DNA of 63,618 nucleotides, filler included, from an uncultured Methanosarcinales archaeon (GTDB lineage: Archaea > Nanobdellota > Nanobdellia > Woesearchaeales > JACPBV01), in assembly GCA_964492935.1 (NCBI GenBank). It is 7 parts of 7 records of this genome, joined end to end, with 100 filler letters (N's around TTAATTAATTAA, not from the genome) between each part and the next. Parts side by side here need not be neighbours in the genome. Positions count along the whole stretch, not along the records: positions 1 to 12,334 come from CAZBLF010000033.1; positions 12,435 to 23,625 come from CAZBLF010000035.1; 5 more parts are not named here. The stretch is one strand, 5' to 3'. The notes under the pieces were generated by a model. It saw nothing but the letters and a program-made list of their open reading frames with translations, was not told the DNA's origin and did no database searches. The position numbers were made by a program, and so were the translations under genes. Of this stretch, positions 8,715 through 19,644 are shown one piece after another (positions within the stretch are counted from its first letter, which is position 1; the number at the start of each line of letters is the position of its first letter).

Positions 8715-9914
8715 TTAGTCATCATCCTGCTCACGCAATTCTACTATGACTTCAACAATATGGAGAATGCTGTCAGGGATAATTTTGATGAAGTTGTTAT
8801 CTTCTTCAACGAATGAGTCAATATTGCGCTCAAATACTTTTTTGGTTTGGTCGATGCGAATGAATTTGTCGTTAATGTTGAGGTCTGCTTTCTTTCGTTT
8901 GGTGTCGTCCACGAATTCTACAATGATGTATGCATCGTAGGTGTTATTGCTGATGTCGTCGAAGGTGCTTTCGTTGACTTCGAAAAAGAGTACATGTTCA
9001 GGGGTGTCGATTTCTGTGAAGAACATTTTTACCTGTTCAATTGCATAATTACCGCGTTCGGTTTTGAAAAGAACTTGGTTTTGGCCTGCTCGTAATGCTG
9101 ATACGGGTACTGCAACCTCGTAGCGGTCTGCGCATAATGGTACGGCTCCGAAAATATTTCTTCCATTGATGCTGACGTCTAGGATTCCTACATCGGCTTC
9201 AGATGCACAATATGGAATGAATCTGATTTCGGATTTTTCGATGTTCCTTAATTCGGTATCGGTTAGCGTAAAGGTGTTGCGTCCTTCCTGGCGGGTGTGA
9301 TCGGAGATGTCTCCAATGATTTGGATGGTGTTTAAGGAGTATTCATTGGTTGCCCAGAATCTTGCTCCTACCGATGAAACGCTAAAGGTTATTTCGTTGT
9401 CTTTTTTCAACAATTCTTTCCTGAGTTTAATGGGTTCTGCATTGATTGCAGGTACACGGTATTCGAAAATAGCGTTTCCATTGAGCCAGATGGTGAGGAC
9501 ACCTTTTCTAATGGGTGCCTGGAAATTGAGGATGATGTTGTCTGCATTTTCTAGGTCGTTGATTCTAAACGTGGTTTGTCTTGATTTTTTTACGAACCAG
9601 CTGTTTTGAACGGTAAACGGAGTAATGGTATCCAGCACTTTCGCATTGGTTGTTTCGAAGATGTTGATGTTCGGTAAATCAAGGTCACGCACATTATCGA
9701 CGGGATCTAAGGTTCCTACGTCTTCTTTGAGGAGTTCGACTAACTCTTGGTTTGATGATCCGGAAGAGGAACTTGAAATGGATTTTCCATCGAGTAAATC
9801 ATCTCGATCATCTTGTGGAAGAAACAGGATGTAGGTTATGAGAAATGCAGCCAAGATTGCTACTAATAATGCTGCGTTTGCCCCGCCTTGTGCTCTTTTT
9901 GTTACAATTGCCAT
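8715..9914 (-). CDS. Class III (type IV pilin-like) signal peptide protein with repeated beta-sandwich domains
   Basis: N-terminus KRAQ-GGANAALLVAILAAFLITYILFLP. Internally repeated segments: LTIWLNG..NEITF, LDVSING..NQVLF, ADLNIND..NFIKI. Confidence 0.65.
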   Translation of the reverse strand: MAIVTKRAQGGANAALLVAILAAFLITYILFLPQDDRDDLLDGKSISSSSSGSSNQELVELLKEDVGTLDPVDNVRDLDLPNINIFETTNAKVLDTITPFTVQNSWFVKKSRQTTFRINDLENADNIILNFQAPIRKGVLTIWLNGNAIFEYRVPAINAEPIKLRKELLKKDNEITFSVSSVGARFWATNEYSLNTIQIIGDISDHTRQEGRNTFTLTDTELRNIEKSEIRFIPYCASEADVGILDVSINGRNIFGAVPLCADRYEVAVPVSALRAGQNQVLFKTERGNYAIEQVKMFFTEIDTPEHVLFFEVNESTFDDISNNTYDAYIIVEFVDDTKRKKADLNINDKFIRIDQTKKVFERNIDSFVEEDNNFIKIIPDSILHIVEVIVELREQDDD

Positions 9915-9981
9915 TTTAGCGTATACACTATTACTCCTACTTTGACAATCTTTATATATAAATCTTCTCTTTCTTTGAGTT

Positions 9982-10997
9982 ATGAAATTATTATCCTTTC
10001 AGAAATCGGAAGCCAAGGTCAAGGTTGAGCACGCAGATGACGTGTATTTTCTCAGTCAGATCGTTGGGGTAGGAGATGTCGTTAGAGGGAAGACTATTCG
10101 GAAGATTAAGATTGGGGATGAGGGTGATAGAAAGCAATCTATCGTGAAGAAGCCGGTGACGTTGTCGATCACGGTGGAAAAGGTTTCTTTTAGTAAATCG
10201 GTTGATGCATTACGGGTATCGGGAATTATTACTTCGGGTACGGGAGATGTGCAGAAGGGTGAGCATCATACGTTTTCTCTGGAGCCTGGCATTACGTTTA
10301 CTCTCATAAAGACTTCTTGGTTGTCGTTTCAACGAAAGCGTTTGGAGGAGGCAGCGTCTGAGGAAGTTTCTAAGGTCTTGATTTGCGTTATGGACCGGGA
10401 CGAGGCGCAGTTTGCGTTGTTGAAGAAATATGGGTATAAGATGTTGAGTAGCATCCGAGGCAAGGTTTCGAAGAAGGGCATGGATGAGACGCAGACGGGT
10501 GGTTTTTACAAGGACATTATATCAAAGTTAGAGGATTATGATAAGCGGTTTGGTTTAGTGACCTTGGTGGTTGCGAGTCCTGCTTTTTGGAAGGAGGATC
10601 TTTTGAAAGAGGTTTCTGGGGACATTAAAAAGAAAATCATTCTGGCTACCTGTAATTCGGGAGGAGAGAACGGTATTAATGAGGTGTTGAAGCGTCCCGA
10701 AGTTACGGCTGCATTACAGCAGGATCGAGTTGCGAAAGAGGTAGCGCTGGTTGAGAAACTGCTTGTCGAAATTTCAAAACAGGCGAAGGCAGCTTATGGG
10801 ATACGAGAGACGAAACAGGCGATTGAGAGTGGGGCGGTTGAGCATTTATTGTTGACGGATAGATATATAAAGGAGCTTCACGAGAATGAGAAGTACGCTG
10901 ATTTCGAAAAATTATTGAAGATTGTGGAACAGGCAAAAGGTAATGTACACATCATCTCGGTGGATCATGACGGCGGTAAAAAGCTGCAGGGTCTTGG
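9982..10997 (+). CDS. pelA: Pelota / Dom34 ribosome rescue factor (3' end lost in scaffold gap)
   Basis: DDVYFLSQIV..GD, VRGKTIRK, GEHHT, AAYG, GAVEHLL and GKKLQGL, typical of pelota. Confidence 0.93.
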
Positions 10998-11097
10998 NNN
11001 NNNNNNNNNNNNNNNNNNNNNNNNNNNNNNNNNNNNNNNNNNNNNNNNNNNNNNNNNNNNNNNNNNNNNNNNNNNNNNNNNNNNNNNNNNNNNNNNN

Positions 11098-12334
11098 CCG
11101 TTCTTTGAATGGTATTCTGGTGGAAAACTTAATGTTTCTTACAATTGTTTGGATCGACATATTGAGGACCGTGGTGATAAGGATGCTTTGATTTGGCAGG
11201 GCGAAGGAGATAAAGAGGTTAGGAAATTTACGTATAAGCAATTGCTTGTAGAGGTGTGTCGTTTTGCTTCTGTGTTGAAGAATTTAGGTGTTCGTCGTGG
11301 CGATAGGATTGTTATCTACATGCCGATGATTCCTGAATTGGCGTTTGCAGTGTTAGCTTGTGCTCGTTTGGGTGCAATCCATTCAGTGGTGTTTGGTGGT
11401 TTTTCACCTGTGTCATTAGAGAAGCGTGTCAAGGATTGTGGGGCGAAGGTGGTGATTACGGCAGATGGTGGATTTAGGAGAGGTAAGAAAATTCATCTGA
11501 AAAAGAATGCGGATGAAGCTTTGAAGAAGCGTAAGCATGTTAAGAAAGTGTTAGTTGTTAGGCGGACTAGACAGAAGGTGACGATGAAGCGCGGTCGTGA
11601 TGTTTGGTTGCATGACGAGTTGAAGAAAAAGAATATTGCTGATTATATTGAGCCTGCAGTTATGGATGCAGAGGATCCTCTTTTTATTTTGTATACGTCC
11701 GGCACTACTGGTACGCCAAAAGGGATGGTGCATACGACGGCAGGGTATTTGGTGTATGTTACGTTGACCACTCGAAATGTGTTTGATTTGCGAGAGGATG
11801 ATATCTATTGGTGTACGGCAGATATTGGATGGATTACTGGCCATTCGTATATTGTGTATGGCTTGTTGTCGAATGGTGCAACTTCGTTGATGTTCGAGGG
11901 CACTCCTGATTATCCGCATCCAGATAGATTTTGGGAGATTGTTGAAAAGTTTAAGGTTTCGATTTTCTATACTGCGCCTACTGCGATTCGTGCTATTGAG
12001 CGATCAGGTACAAAATGGGTTACTAAACATGATTTGTCTTCACTTCGTTTGTTGGGGAGTGTTGGAGAGCCGATTAACCCTGAGGCGTGGATGTGGTATT
12101 ACAAAGTCATTGGTAAACGAAAATGTCCTATCGTTGATACATGGTGGCAGACGGAGACCGGCGGGATTATGATTACGCCGCTGCCTGGTGCAACAACACT
12201 ACGTCCTGGTTCGGCTACGTTTCCTTTCTTAGGTATTGAACCTGAAATTTTGACGGATGATGGGAAGAAGGTAAAGCCAAATGAAGGCGGGCATTTGGTG
12301 ATTAAGAAACCGTGGCCGGGTCTTGCGCGAACGG
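11098..12334 (+). CDS. acs: Acetyl-CoA synthetase (AMP-forming), internal fragment
   Basis: [42 protein letters not shown]. Truncated at both ends by N runs. Confidence 0.95.
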
Positions 12335-12434
12335 NNNNNNNNNNNNNNNNNNNNNNNNNNNNNNNNNNNNNNNNNNNNTTAATTAATTAANNNNNNNNNN
12401 NNNNNNNNNNNNNNNNNNNNNNNNNNNNNNNNNN
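12335..12434. other. Artificial contig-join linker (also at 23626-23725, 32473-32572, 41195-41294, 48819-48918, 56412-56511)
   Basis: Identical 44 N + TTAATTAATTAA (stops in all frames) + 44 N at six places. Confidence 0.98.
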
Positions 12435-12436
12435 AT

Positions 12437-12631
12437 TTTGATGCTTATTTAGGAAAGTTAGATGTAGATATGCCCTGTCGTTTTACGAAGGAGGTTGCTG
12501 GAGTAGTGGACCTTTGTCAAAATGCGCTTGCGTGTAAGTATAAGGGAGAATTATTTGCTTCTTTTTCTTCAGAACCGAAACCGGAATGTAAAAGAACACA
12601 ACTCATTAAGTTTGAAGATATTTTACGTTAG
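12437..12631 (+). CDS. C-terminal fragment of a small Cys-containing hypothetical protein
   Basis: Open frame from the contig edge: FDAYLGKLDVDMPCRFTKEVAGVVDLCQNALACKYKGELFASFSSEPKPECKRTQLIKFEDILR*. Confidence 0.5.
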   Translation, partial: FDAYLGKLDVDMPCRFTKEVAGVVDLCQNALACKYKGELFASFSSEPKPECKRTQLIKFEDILR

Positions 12632-13314
12632 AATCTCTTTTTCTTTTTTGATATTAGATATGCTGCAGGCACTATAATTCCAATTGCGATTAGAATCATG
12701 ATTACGGAGATTGCACGAGCTTTTCTTTTGGGTGTTACGGTGATCGCAGGTTCTGCTGTTTTTTCAACTCTCGGTGGTTCAATTTTGGGTTCTTCCTTCT
12801 TTTCTTCTTTCACCGGAGCAGTGGTTGATTCGTCTACGGCACATTTATTGTCTCTACATCTTCCGGAGTCGCATCCACAATCGTAGCAGCACCAGGCTTG
12901 TGTTTCTCCAGAGCAGACACCATCAAAATTACATTTTCGGTCTTCGATGACACCATAGGATAGATTTTTTGCCATGACTGGCGATATACCGGATCCGTAA
13001 AAGTAAAATGTAGCCTGGTCATTGCCGGTGTCGGCATCGGTAATGAAGACGTCCATGAGTACAATCTCTGATCCATCTTTGAATTTGAAGCTGTCTTTTA
13101 TACCGAAGGCTCGCGATTTCTCGTTATTGACTTCAAAGAGTACTTTTCCTGTTGCATCGGATACGGTAACTAATTTTACGATGTAACTTCCTAGATTGGT
13201 TTGGTAAATTCTTCCTTCACCTTCCTCTAAGGTGTCGGAGGTGAAAATGCTGATTGCTTGTGTTGTAGAAACTAGGAGGAGTGTTACTAGTACTAGAATG
13301 AACCCACGTTTCAT
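12628..13314 (-). CDS. Secreted, C-terminally anchored protein with a Cys-rich module
   Basis: Signal peptide, CNFDGVCSGETQAWCCYDCGCDSGRCRDNKC, C-terminal TM followed by KKKKRF. Confidence 0.75.
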   Translation of the reverse strand: MKRGFILVLVTLLLVSTTQAISIFTSDTLEEGEGRIYQTNLGSYIVKLVTVSDATGKVLFEVNNEKSRAFGIKDSFKFKDGSEIVLMDVFITDADTGNDQATFYFYGSGISPVMAKNLSYGVIEDRKCNFDGVCSGETQAWCCYDCGCDSGRCRDNKCAVDESTTAPVKEEKKEEPKIEPPRVEKTAEPAITVTPKRKARAISVIMILIAIGIIVPAAYLISKKKKRF

Positions 13315-13404
13315 CTCTTTTGAGTTGGTATTTGCCTTATATAAATGTTTTTGTGGCGTGTTGCTGAGCGTTATCTTTTTATAGCGTCTTAGGATTCTTT
13401 TAGT

Positions 13405-14937
13405 ATGGCCAAGAGGATTTTAATTTTTGATACTACGTTGAGAGATGGTGAACAGTCGCCGGGAGCTAGTTTAACAAGTTCCGAGAAGTTGCTTATTGCT
13501 AAGCAGCTTGCCAAATTAGGTGTCGATATTATTGAGGCAGGTTTTCCTATTACTTCTGATGGTGATTTTGAATCGGTCAAGCAAATTGCTCAAGAGGTTA
13601 GGGGTCCGGTTATTTGTGGTTTGGCTCGAGCAATGAAGGAGGATATTGATCGGGCGTGGGAGGCAGTTCAACACGCTGAACGGCCTAGGATTCATACGTT
13701 TGTTGCGACTTCACAAATTCATATTGACAAAAAATTACGAAAAAGCCAGGATGAGGTTATTGAGATGGCTTCTTCTGCAGTTAAGCATGCGAAATCTCTT
13801 TGTTCTGATGTTGAATTTAGTCCAGAGGATGCTGCTCGGACAGATATTGATTATATGTGTAGTGTGGTGGAGGCAGCGATTAAGGCAGGTGCTACTACGA
13901 TTAATATTCCTGATACGGTAGGATATGCTGAGCCTTCTGAATTTGGTAATCGTATTAAGATGGTTTTTGAGCGGCTTGGTGATTTGATAATGGAGAAAAA
14001 TGTAGTTATTTCTGTACATTGTCACGATGATCTAGGATTATCGGTTGCAAATTCTTTGGCTGGAGTTATGAATGGGGCTCTGCAGGTCGAATGTACGATT
14101 AATGGTATTGGAGAGCGTGCTGGGAATGCTTCCCTTGAAGAATTCGTTATGAATTTGAAGACGCGCTCTGATTATTTTTCTGAGTTTAGTACTAGTATCA
14201 ATACCAAAGAGATTTTTGCTACTTCGCAGATGGTTTCTAATTTGACGGGACTATCGGTGCAGCGGAATAAGGCTATTGTAGGACGAAATGCGTTCGCTCA
14301 TGAGGCTGGAATTCATCAGCACGGGATGTTGAAGGATAAAAAGACGTATGAGATTATGAATGCAGAGGATGTGGGATGGACGGGTGAGCATCTTGTTATT
14401 GGGAAGCACTCTGGTCGAGCTGCAGTTGAGAATACTCTAACGGAGAGGGGGTATGGTCTGGATACTGAGCAAATTGATTTGGTTATGGCACGTATTAAGC
14501 AGCTTGCTGACAAGGAAAAAGAGGTTGTACGAGAAGATATTATCGCGATTGCTACTGATGTTCTTGGACAGGTAACTTCGGATGAGAAGATTGTTGAGCT
14601 TGTGGATTTTACTATTACTACGGGTTGTTCAGGTGACGCTTCGGCTTCTGTGGCTTTGAAAGTAAGTGGCGAGGAGCGTAAAGGCGAGGCGACGGGCGTT
14701 GGACCGGTTGACGCTTTGGCCAAGGCCATTATTGCATTGACTCATCCGTTGAAGTTAAAGGAATACAATCTCAAAGCTATTACGGGCGGAACTAATGCTC
14801 TTGCGAATGTAATGATCCTTGTGGAGGATGATTCTGGAACTGTTTTCTCTGCAGAGGGAGTTTCCGAGGATATTGTGAAGGCATCGGCGGTTGCGTTAGT
14901 GAAAGGTTTAAATAAAGCTTTGAATTTCTCAAAATAA
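13405..14937 (+). CDS. leuA: 2-isopropylmalate synthase
   Basis: [35 protein letters not shown] and a C-terminal regulatory domain (GPVDA). Confidence 0.93.
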   Translation: MAKRILIFDTTLRDGEQSPGASLTSSEKLLIAKQLAKLGVDIIEAGFPITSDGDFESVKQIAQEVRGPVICGLARAMKEDIDRAWEAVQHAERPRIHTFVATSQIHIDKKLRKSQDEVIEMASSAVKHAKSLCSDVEFSPEDAARTDIDYMCSVVEAAIKAGATTINIPDTVGYAEPSEFGNRIKMVFERLGDLIMEKNVVISVHCHDDLGLSVANSLAGVMNGALQVECTINGIGERAGNASLEEFVMNLKTRSDYFSEFSTSINTKEIFATSQMVSNLTGLSVQRNKAIVGRNAFAHEAGIHQHGMLKDKKTYEIMNAEDVGWTGEHLVIGKHSGRAAVENTLTERGYGLDTEQIDLVMARIKQLADKEKEVVREDIIAIATDVLGQVTSDEKIVELVDFTITTGCSGDASASVALKVSGEERKGEATGVGPVDALAKAIIALTHPLKLKEYNLKAITGGTNALANVMILVEDDSGTVFSAEGVSEDIVKASAVALVKGLNKALNFSK

Positions 14938-16061
14938 TGAGTTCATACACGTTAGCATTGATGCCGGGAGATGGTATTGGTCCTGAAATTATAGCTGAGG
15001 GTCTAAAGGTTATTGAGAAGGCTTCAGATGTCTATGGATTTTCTGTTGATTGGAAGCGCTATGATAATGGTGCTGAGAAATATCTTAAGACTCAGGAATT
15101 GATAACTGAAGATACGCTGAAGGAGATTAAGGATAGTTGTAAGGCAATCTATCTCGGTGCATTAGGCGATCCACGGGTTACTCCTGGAATTTTGGAGAAG
15201 GGGATTTTATTGAAGACTCGCTTTTATTTTGATCAATTTGTTAATTTACGTCCTATCAAGTTGCTTGAGGGTGTTGCTTGTCCTTTAGTGGGTAAGGGTC
15301 CTAGCGATATTGACTTTACGGTTGTTCGAGAGAATACTGAGGACTTTTATGTGGGTATTGGTGGTCGTGCTTCGGCTGGAACATCAAAGCAATCACTTGA
15401 GGTGTTGCGGGAGATGTACAAGGTTAAGTTTGATTTGGAGATTGAGAATACGGACGAGATCGCGTATCAGATTGGGATGATATCGAAATCGGGAGCTAAT
15501 CGTGTAATTCGGTATGGTTTTGATTTAGCGAAAAGTCAGAATGTTGACACGGCTTACTTTGTGGATAAGGCGAATGTGTTATCTGATATTTACGGTTTTT
15601 GGAGAGAGCAGGTTGAGTCGGTGGGAAAGGATTTTCCAGGGATTAAACCTGAGTATATGTTTGTTGATGCTATTACCATGTGGTTTGTTAAGAATCCTGA
15701 ATGGTTTAAGGTGGTGACTACACCGAACATGTTTGGAGATATTATTACTGATTTAGGAGCTATGATTCAGGGCGGTTTGGGATTGGCTCCGGGTGGAAAT
15801 ATTAATCCTGATGGTGTTTCGATGTTTGAACCTATTCATGGTTCCGCTCCCAAGTATGCAGGCAAGAATGTTGCTAATCCTTTAGCTACGATCTGGGCTG
15901 GTGCTATGATGTTGGATGAGCTTGGTGAGAAGAAAGCTGGTGCTGCTATTGTTGCTGGAATTAGTTCTGTGATTAAGGAAGGTAAAGTGCAGACGAAGGA
16001 TTTGGGTGGAAGTGCAAGTACTTCTGATATGGGCAGTGCGGTTGCTGAGAAATTAATGTAG
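14937..16061 (+). CDS. leuB: 3-isopropylmalate dehydrogenase (isocitrate/isopropylmalate dehydrogenase family)
   Basis: [34 protein letters not shown]. Translationally coupled to leuA. Confidence 0.88.
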   Translation: MSSYTLALMPGDGIGPEIIAEGLKVIEKASDVYGFSVDWKRYDNGAEKYLKTQELITEDTLKEIKDSCKAIYLGALGDPRVTPGILEKGILLKTRFYFDQFVNLRPIKLLEGVACPLVGKGPSDIDFTVVRENTEDFYVGIGGRASAGTSKQSLEVLREMYKVKFDLEIENTDEIAYQIGMISKSGANRVIRYGFDLAKSQNVDTAYFVDKANVLSDIYGFWREQVESVGKDFPGIKPEYMFVDAITMWFVKNPEWFKVVTTPNMFGDIITDLGAMIQGGLGLAPGGNINPDGVSMFEPIHGSAPKYAGKNVANPLATIWAGAMMLDELGEKKAGAAIVAGISSVIKEGKVQTKDLGGSASTSDMGSAVAEKLM

Positions 16062-17147
16062 TACTTTAATCACGTCTTCTACACTTATTGATTGCATGCA
16101 TCGGTTATTATTATTGTTGCAGGGTTTGAATTCTCCTTTGTGGACGTTAATGGTGGGAGAACAGGGGCAGGTAGCTTTGTAGAGTCCTACGCAGTCTTTT
16201 CCTAGGGGCCGGAATCTTATTGGCAGATTGGGTCCGAAGAGTCCTATTGTTTTTGTACCCATGCAGGCTGCTAGATGCATCGGTCCGGAATCGTTTCCTA
16301 TCATGGCTTTGCATTTCGTGAAGAGATAGGCTAGCTGTTTTACCGATGTTTTTCCTGCTAGGTTTATTGATTTGCTTTTCATTTGTGATTGGATGCTTTT
16401 TATTAGTGGTTTTTCGGATTCTACACCGACAAAAATTATTTGGTTTCCTTGCTTTGCTAATTCATCTGCTAGTTTTGCGTATCTTGCAGGTGGCCACATT
16501 CTCTCTTTGGAGGTTTCTGCTAATCCGGGTGCTAATGCAATTACTTTATTTGTTATTTTTTCCTTTTTTATGATGTTGGTGACGGTTTCTTTATCGGTTG
16601 TTGAGACGTCGAGTGGTAGAAGTTCTTTGATGGTTACTTTGGTGTCGATTGCACGTACGAGATCGGCAAAGGTTTCTGAGCAGTGCTGCATGTCATTGTA
16701 AGTTATGGTTTTATTGTAGCATTTCGCTCTTGACCCATGATTGTAGCCTATGGTATACTTTCCTAGTTTGAACGCTAGGATGGCTGAGATATTGAGATAT
16801 TCTTCCATGTCGATGACGAGATCGTATGTTCCGATATTCATTGTGCTGTAGAGCTCTATTTTTAGGATGTTTAGTGGGAGAATTTCTATTTTGTCTATGA
16901 AATTTTGTCCTTCGAATACTTCCTTATTTCTTTTTGTAGCAAGAACGGTAATTTTTGATTTGGGATAGTGTTGACGGAGTGCTTTGATTGTGGGAAGTGT
17001 AAGGATGGTTTCTCCGATGCCCCAGAGTTGGATGATGAGAATGTTTTCGGTTTTGAAAGTAGTCTTCTTTCTCTTGAAGGTTCCAAAGATGTTGCAGATG
17101 GTGCTTCCTAGCAACTTGTCTAGCTTTCTGATGAGGGGGACTGCCAT
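16053..17147 (-). CDS. Glycosyltransferase family 9 (heptosyltransferase-like)
   Basis: [50 protein letters not shown]. Confidence 0.9.
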   Translation of the reverse strand: MAVPLIRKLDKLLGSTICNIFGTFKRKKTTFKTENILIIQLWGIGETILTLPTIKALRQHYPKSKITVLATKRNKEVFEGQNFIDKIEILPLNILKIELYSTMNIGTYDLVIDMEEYLNISAILAFKLGKYTIGYNHGSRAKCYNKTITYNDMQHCSETFADLVRAIDTKVTIKELLPLDVSTTDKETVTNIIKKEKITNKVIALAPGLAETSKERMWPPARYAKLADELAKQGNQIIFVGVESEKPLIKSIQSQMKSKSINLAGKTSVKQLAYLFTKCKAMIGNDSGPMHLAACMGTKTIGLFGPNLPIRFRPLGKDCVGLYKATCPCSPTINVHKGEFKPCNNNNNRCMQSISVEDVIKVLH

Positions 17148-17195
17148 AGGTGTTATTACTCAATCTGCTTTTATAAATCTATACTGTTATGGTAA

Positions 17196-17313
17196 CTGCT
17201 GACGGCTTCAAAACTCTTTCTCTACGAATCGATAGCTCTACGTCCCGTGGGGACAACCCCTGTGACGAGCCGATCCACGGAAAGAGAGAGTTTTGACTTT
17301 ATGCCGTTAGCAG
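17196..17313 (+). ncRNA. Structured intergenic element, copy A of a three-member family
   Basis: CTGCTGACGGC/GCCGTTAGCAG and TCAAAACTCTTTCT/AGAGAGAGTTTTGA stems (G-U pairs favour the + strand). Apex GCTC-TACG-T-CCCGTGGGGACAACCCC-TGTG-AC-GAGC. Confidence 0.7.
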
Positions 17314-18654
17314 CTATAGATTCGGTTTAGTAGAAGTCTTCACGAGATTGTCGAATTCCTTGTATGTGAGGATGTTTTTTTCTAGCACTAGTTGTTTGAG
17401 GTTTTTCTTTGTTTTTAATGACTCTTTAACGAGTTCTGCTACCTTATCGTAGCCTAATCTTGGATTGAGGATGGTTGCAAGACCTGCTGAGTGTTCTAGA
17501 TGGGATTGGCAGGTGTGTTTATTTGGGGTGATGCCGCGAATGCACTTTGCTGCGAGCATGTTGCTTGTTCTTGTAAGTATTTGGAGCATGTGGATGATAT
17601 TATTTGCTACGAGGGGCATGTGTGTGTTTAATTCTAGTTGACTTAGGGAATTTGCAAGTGTTATGGCATGGTCGAGGCCTTGGATTTGGATGCAGGCCAT
17701 GGCTGCTGCTTCACAGATGCTTGGATTGATCTTACCGGGCATGATTGAGCTTCCGGGTTCGACTGCAGGCAGATTAATCTCTCCGAATCCGGTGTTGGGT
17801 CCTGAAGAGAGTAAGCGTAAGTCGTTCGTTATTTTGAGGATGTCTGAAGCTGCGAGTTTGGTCATTGCACTTACTTCGGCAATATCCGTTAGAAACTGGG
17901 TTGCTTCGACGTTATTTACGGCAGGTTGGAACTTTGACTTGAGTTCACGGTTTAGTTCCTGGATGATTGTTTTTCTAAAGGCTTTTTTGGTGTTAACTGC
18001 GGTGCCGACAGCATTGCCACCTACGCCTAGTTCTAATAATGATTCTGAGGCTATTTGGAGACGTAGCTGTGCTTTCTCTATGGCTGCTGCATAGGCACCG
18101 AATTCTTGGCCTAGCGTGATGGGAACTGCATCCTGGAGATGGGTGCGGGCGCTTTTTGGAATATTTGAGAAGTTTTTTGCTTTCTGTGCTAGTGCCTGTT
18201 GTAATGTGGCGAGAGCTGTAGTGAGATGTAGTGTTTCTTGATAGGCTGCTATTCTTATTGCGGAAGGAAAGATGTTATTTGTGGATTGCCCACGATTTAC
18301 GTCGTCATTGGGATGGAGTTTTGCGAGATGAGCGATAACCTCATTCACATTCATATGGGTTGAGGTTCCGGAACCTGCCTGGAAGACGTCGATCTGAAAT
18401 TCTTTGTTGTGTTTGCCTTGAAGGATAGATTTTGTTGCTGCTAGGATGGCATTTGCTTTCTTTTTGTCAAGTGATTTGAGTTTGTAATTTGCTTTTGCGC
18501 ACGCTCTTTTGAGATGAACGATTGCGTAGATGAGTTCTCTCGGGAGGGCCTGTTGTGCTCCATTAAAGTTTTCTAGAGATCTGGCGGTGTGGATGCCATA
18601 GATTGCGTTAGGGGGTAGTTGTTTCTTTCCGAGGGAATCTCTTTCTGTTCTCAT
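17314..18654 (-). CDS. Class II fumarate hydratase / aspartate ammonia-lyase
   Basis: RTERDSLG, QAGSGTSTHMNVNE, RTHLQDA, signature GSSIMPGKINP. Confidence 0.9.
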   Translation of the reverse strand: MRTERDSLGKKQLPPNAIYGIHTARSLENFNGAQQALPRELIYAIVHLKRACAKANYKLKSLDKKKANAILAATKSILQGKHNKEFQIDVFQAGSGTSTHMNVNEVIAHLAKLHPNDDVNRGQSTNNIFPSAIRIAAYQETLHLTTALATLQQALAQKAKNFSNIPKSARTHLQDAVPITLGQEFGAYAAAIEKAQLRLQIASESLLELGVGGNAVGTAVNTKKAFRKTIIQELNRELKSKFQPAVNNVEATQFLTDIAEVSAMTKLAASDILKITNDLRLLSSGPNTGFGEINLPAVEPGSSIMPGKINPSICEAAAMACIQIQGLDHAITLANSLSQLELNTHMPLVANNIIHMLQILTRTSNMLAAKCIRGITPNKHTCQSHLEHSAGLATILNPRLGYDKVAELVKESLKTKKNLKQLVLEKNILTYKEFDNLVKTSTKPNL

Positions 18655-19016
18655 TGCTTTTTGTTTGGTTTATCCATTGCTACCTTGCGTACGATATTCT
18701 CAAGGCGTTTCTGGTTCTTTCTTACTAAAAGATAGGTATAGAAGATGGTTCCGATGAGAAACATAAACCCAAGGATGATGAAAAAGTCCATTGTCCGTGC
18801 CAGATTGAGGGTTTTGACCACGGGGTCGAGTAGACGTGGCATGATGGTGACGGCAAGAAAGGTAAACCATAGTACAATCCAAAAAGAGTATTCTTTGAGC
18901 GTTATCTCTTTGCGCTTGTAGTGGAGGAAGGTGTAATAGGCCATAAATGCTCCGAAGAAGCCTCCCAGTATTTGAATTCCTAGTAATGCTGCCATTATCT
19001 TTTGATCCTCCACCAC
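18651..19016 (-). CDS. DUF2304-family membrane protein
   Basis: Three TM helices and C-terminal LENIVRKVA. Located directly after a GT2 gene, which is typical for the family. Confidence 0.75.
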   Translation of the reverse strand: MVEDQKIMAALLGIQILGGFFGAFMAYYTFLHYKRKEITLKEYSFWIVLWFTFLAVTIMPRLLDPVVKTLNLARTMDFFIILGFMFLIGTIFYTYLLVRKNQKRLENIVRKVAMDKPNKKQ

Positions 19017-19642
19017 ATCAGATTAAGAACGATTTTGATGCCGTCGATAATGGTTGTTCCTTTGTAGCGGTCTGCGTAGACGGTTTCAATAGGTACTTCT
19101 CCAAAGGAAAGTTTATGTCGTCCGATATTTGCTATCATTTCTGATTCCATGCTGTAGTTTGTTGCATCCCAGCGTATTTTTTTGTAGGCTGTTGCTGTAA
19201 ATGCACGAAAGCCGCATTGCGTATCTTTAACATCGATACCGTAGAGGATTTTGGTCATGGTATTGATGACTCCATTTCCAAATCTCAGTACACTGGGCAT
19301 TGATTTTGATCGCTTTCTATACCCTAACACAACATCGTGGTTTTTAAGCGTTTGCAAAAATCTTGGAATATCTTGGGGATTGTGTTGGGTATCGGCATCT
19401 ATGACTACTATTTTAGTTGCTCCTTTTTTTATGGCGAAATCGCATCCCGTTCTGAGGGCTGCGCCTTTTCCTAAATTCGTTATATGGGTGAGCACGGTTG
19501 CATCGCTTGCTGCGGAGCCGGTGTTATCTTTGGATCCATCGTCAACCACTATAACGCTTCCAAATTTCTTTGCTTTGGTAACTACTCCATTAATGGTTGA
19601 TGACTCATTCTGTGCCGGAATAACGATGTAGGTGGATTCCAT
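18995..19642 (-). CDS. Glycosyltransferase family 2 (dolichol-phosphate sugar synthase-like)
   Basis: VIPAQNE, VVDDGSKD, NLGKGAA, DADTQH, DTQCGFRA. Confidence 0.92.
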   Translation of the reverse strand: MESTYIVIPAQNESSTINGVVTKAKKFGSVIVVDDGSKDNTGSAASDATVLTHITNLGKGAALRTGCDFAIKKGATKIVVIDADTQHNPQDIPRFLQTLKNHDVVLGYRKRSKSMPSVLRFGNGVINTMTKILYGIDVKDTQCGFRAFTATAYKKIRWDATNYSMESEMIANIGRHKLSFGEVPIETVYADRYKGTTIIDGIKIVLNLMWWRIKR

Positions 19643-19644
19643 GA

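Noticed and set aside
9982..12390. Apparent 802-aa pelota-acetyl-CoA synthetase fusion
   Set aside because: Artefact of translating through a 100-N scaffold gap (10998-11097). These are two separate truncated genes.
17169..17178. Dedicated TATA promoters for elements A and B
   Set aside because: The nearby TATA boxes (about 17170 and 41634) are equally or better explained as promoters of the divergent minus-strand genes, so they were not used as evidence of transcription.
17196..17313. 5S rRNA, SRP RNA or group II intron domain V as the identity of the ~120-nt hairpin
   Set aside because: It lacks the 5S loop C CCGAAC and three-way junction, the SRP helix-8 motif, and an AGC triad/GNRA hairpin in the D5 arrangement.
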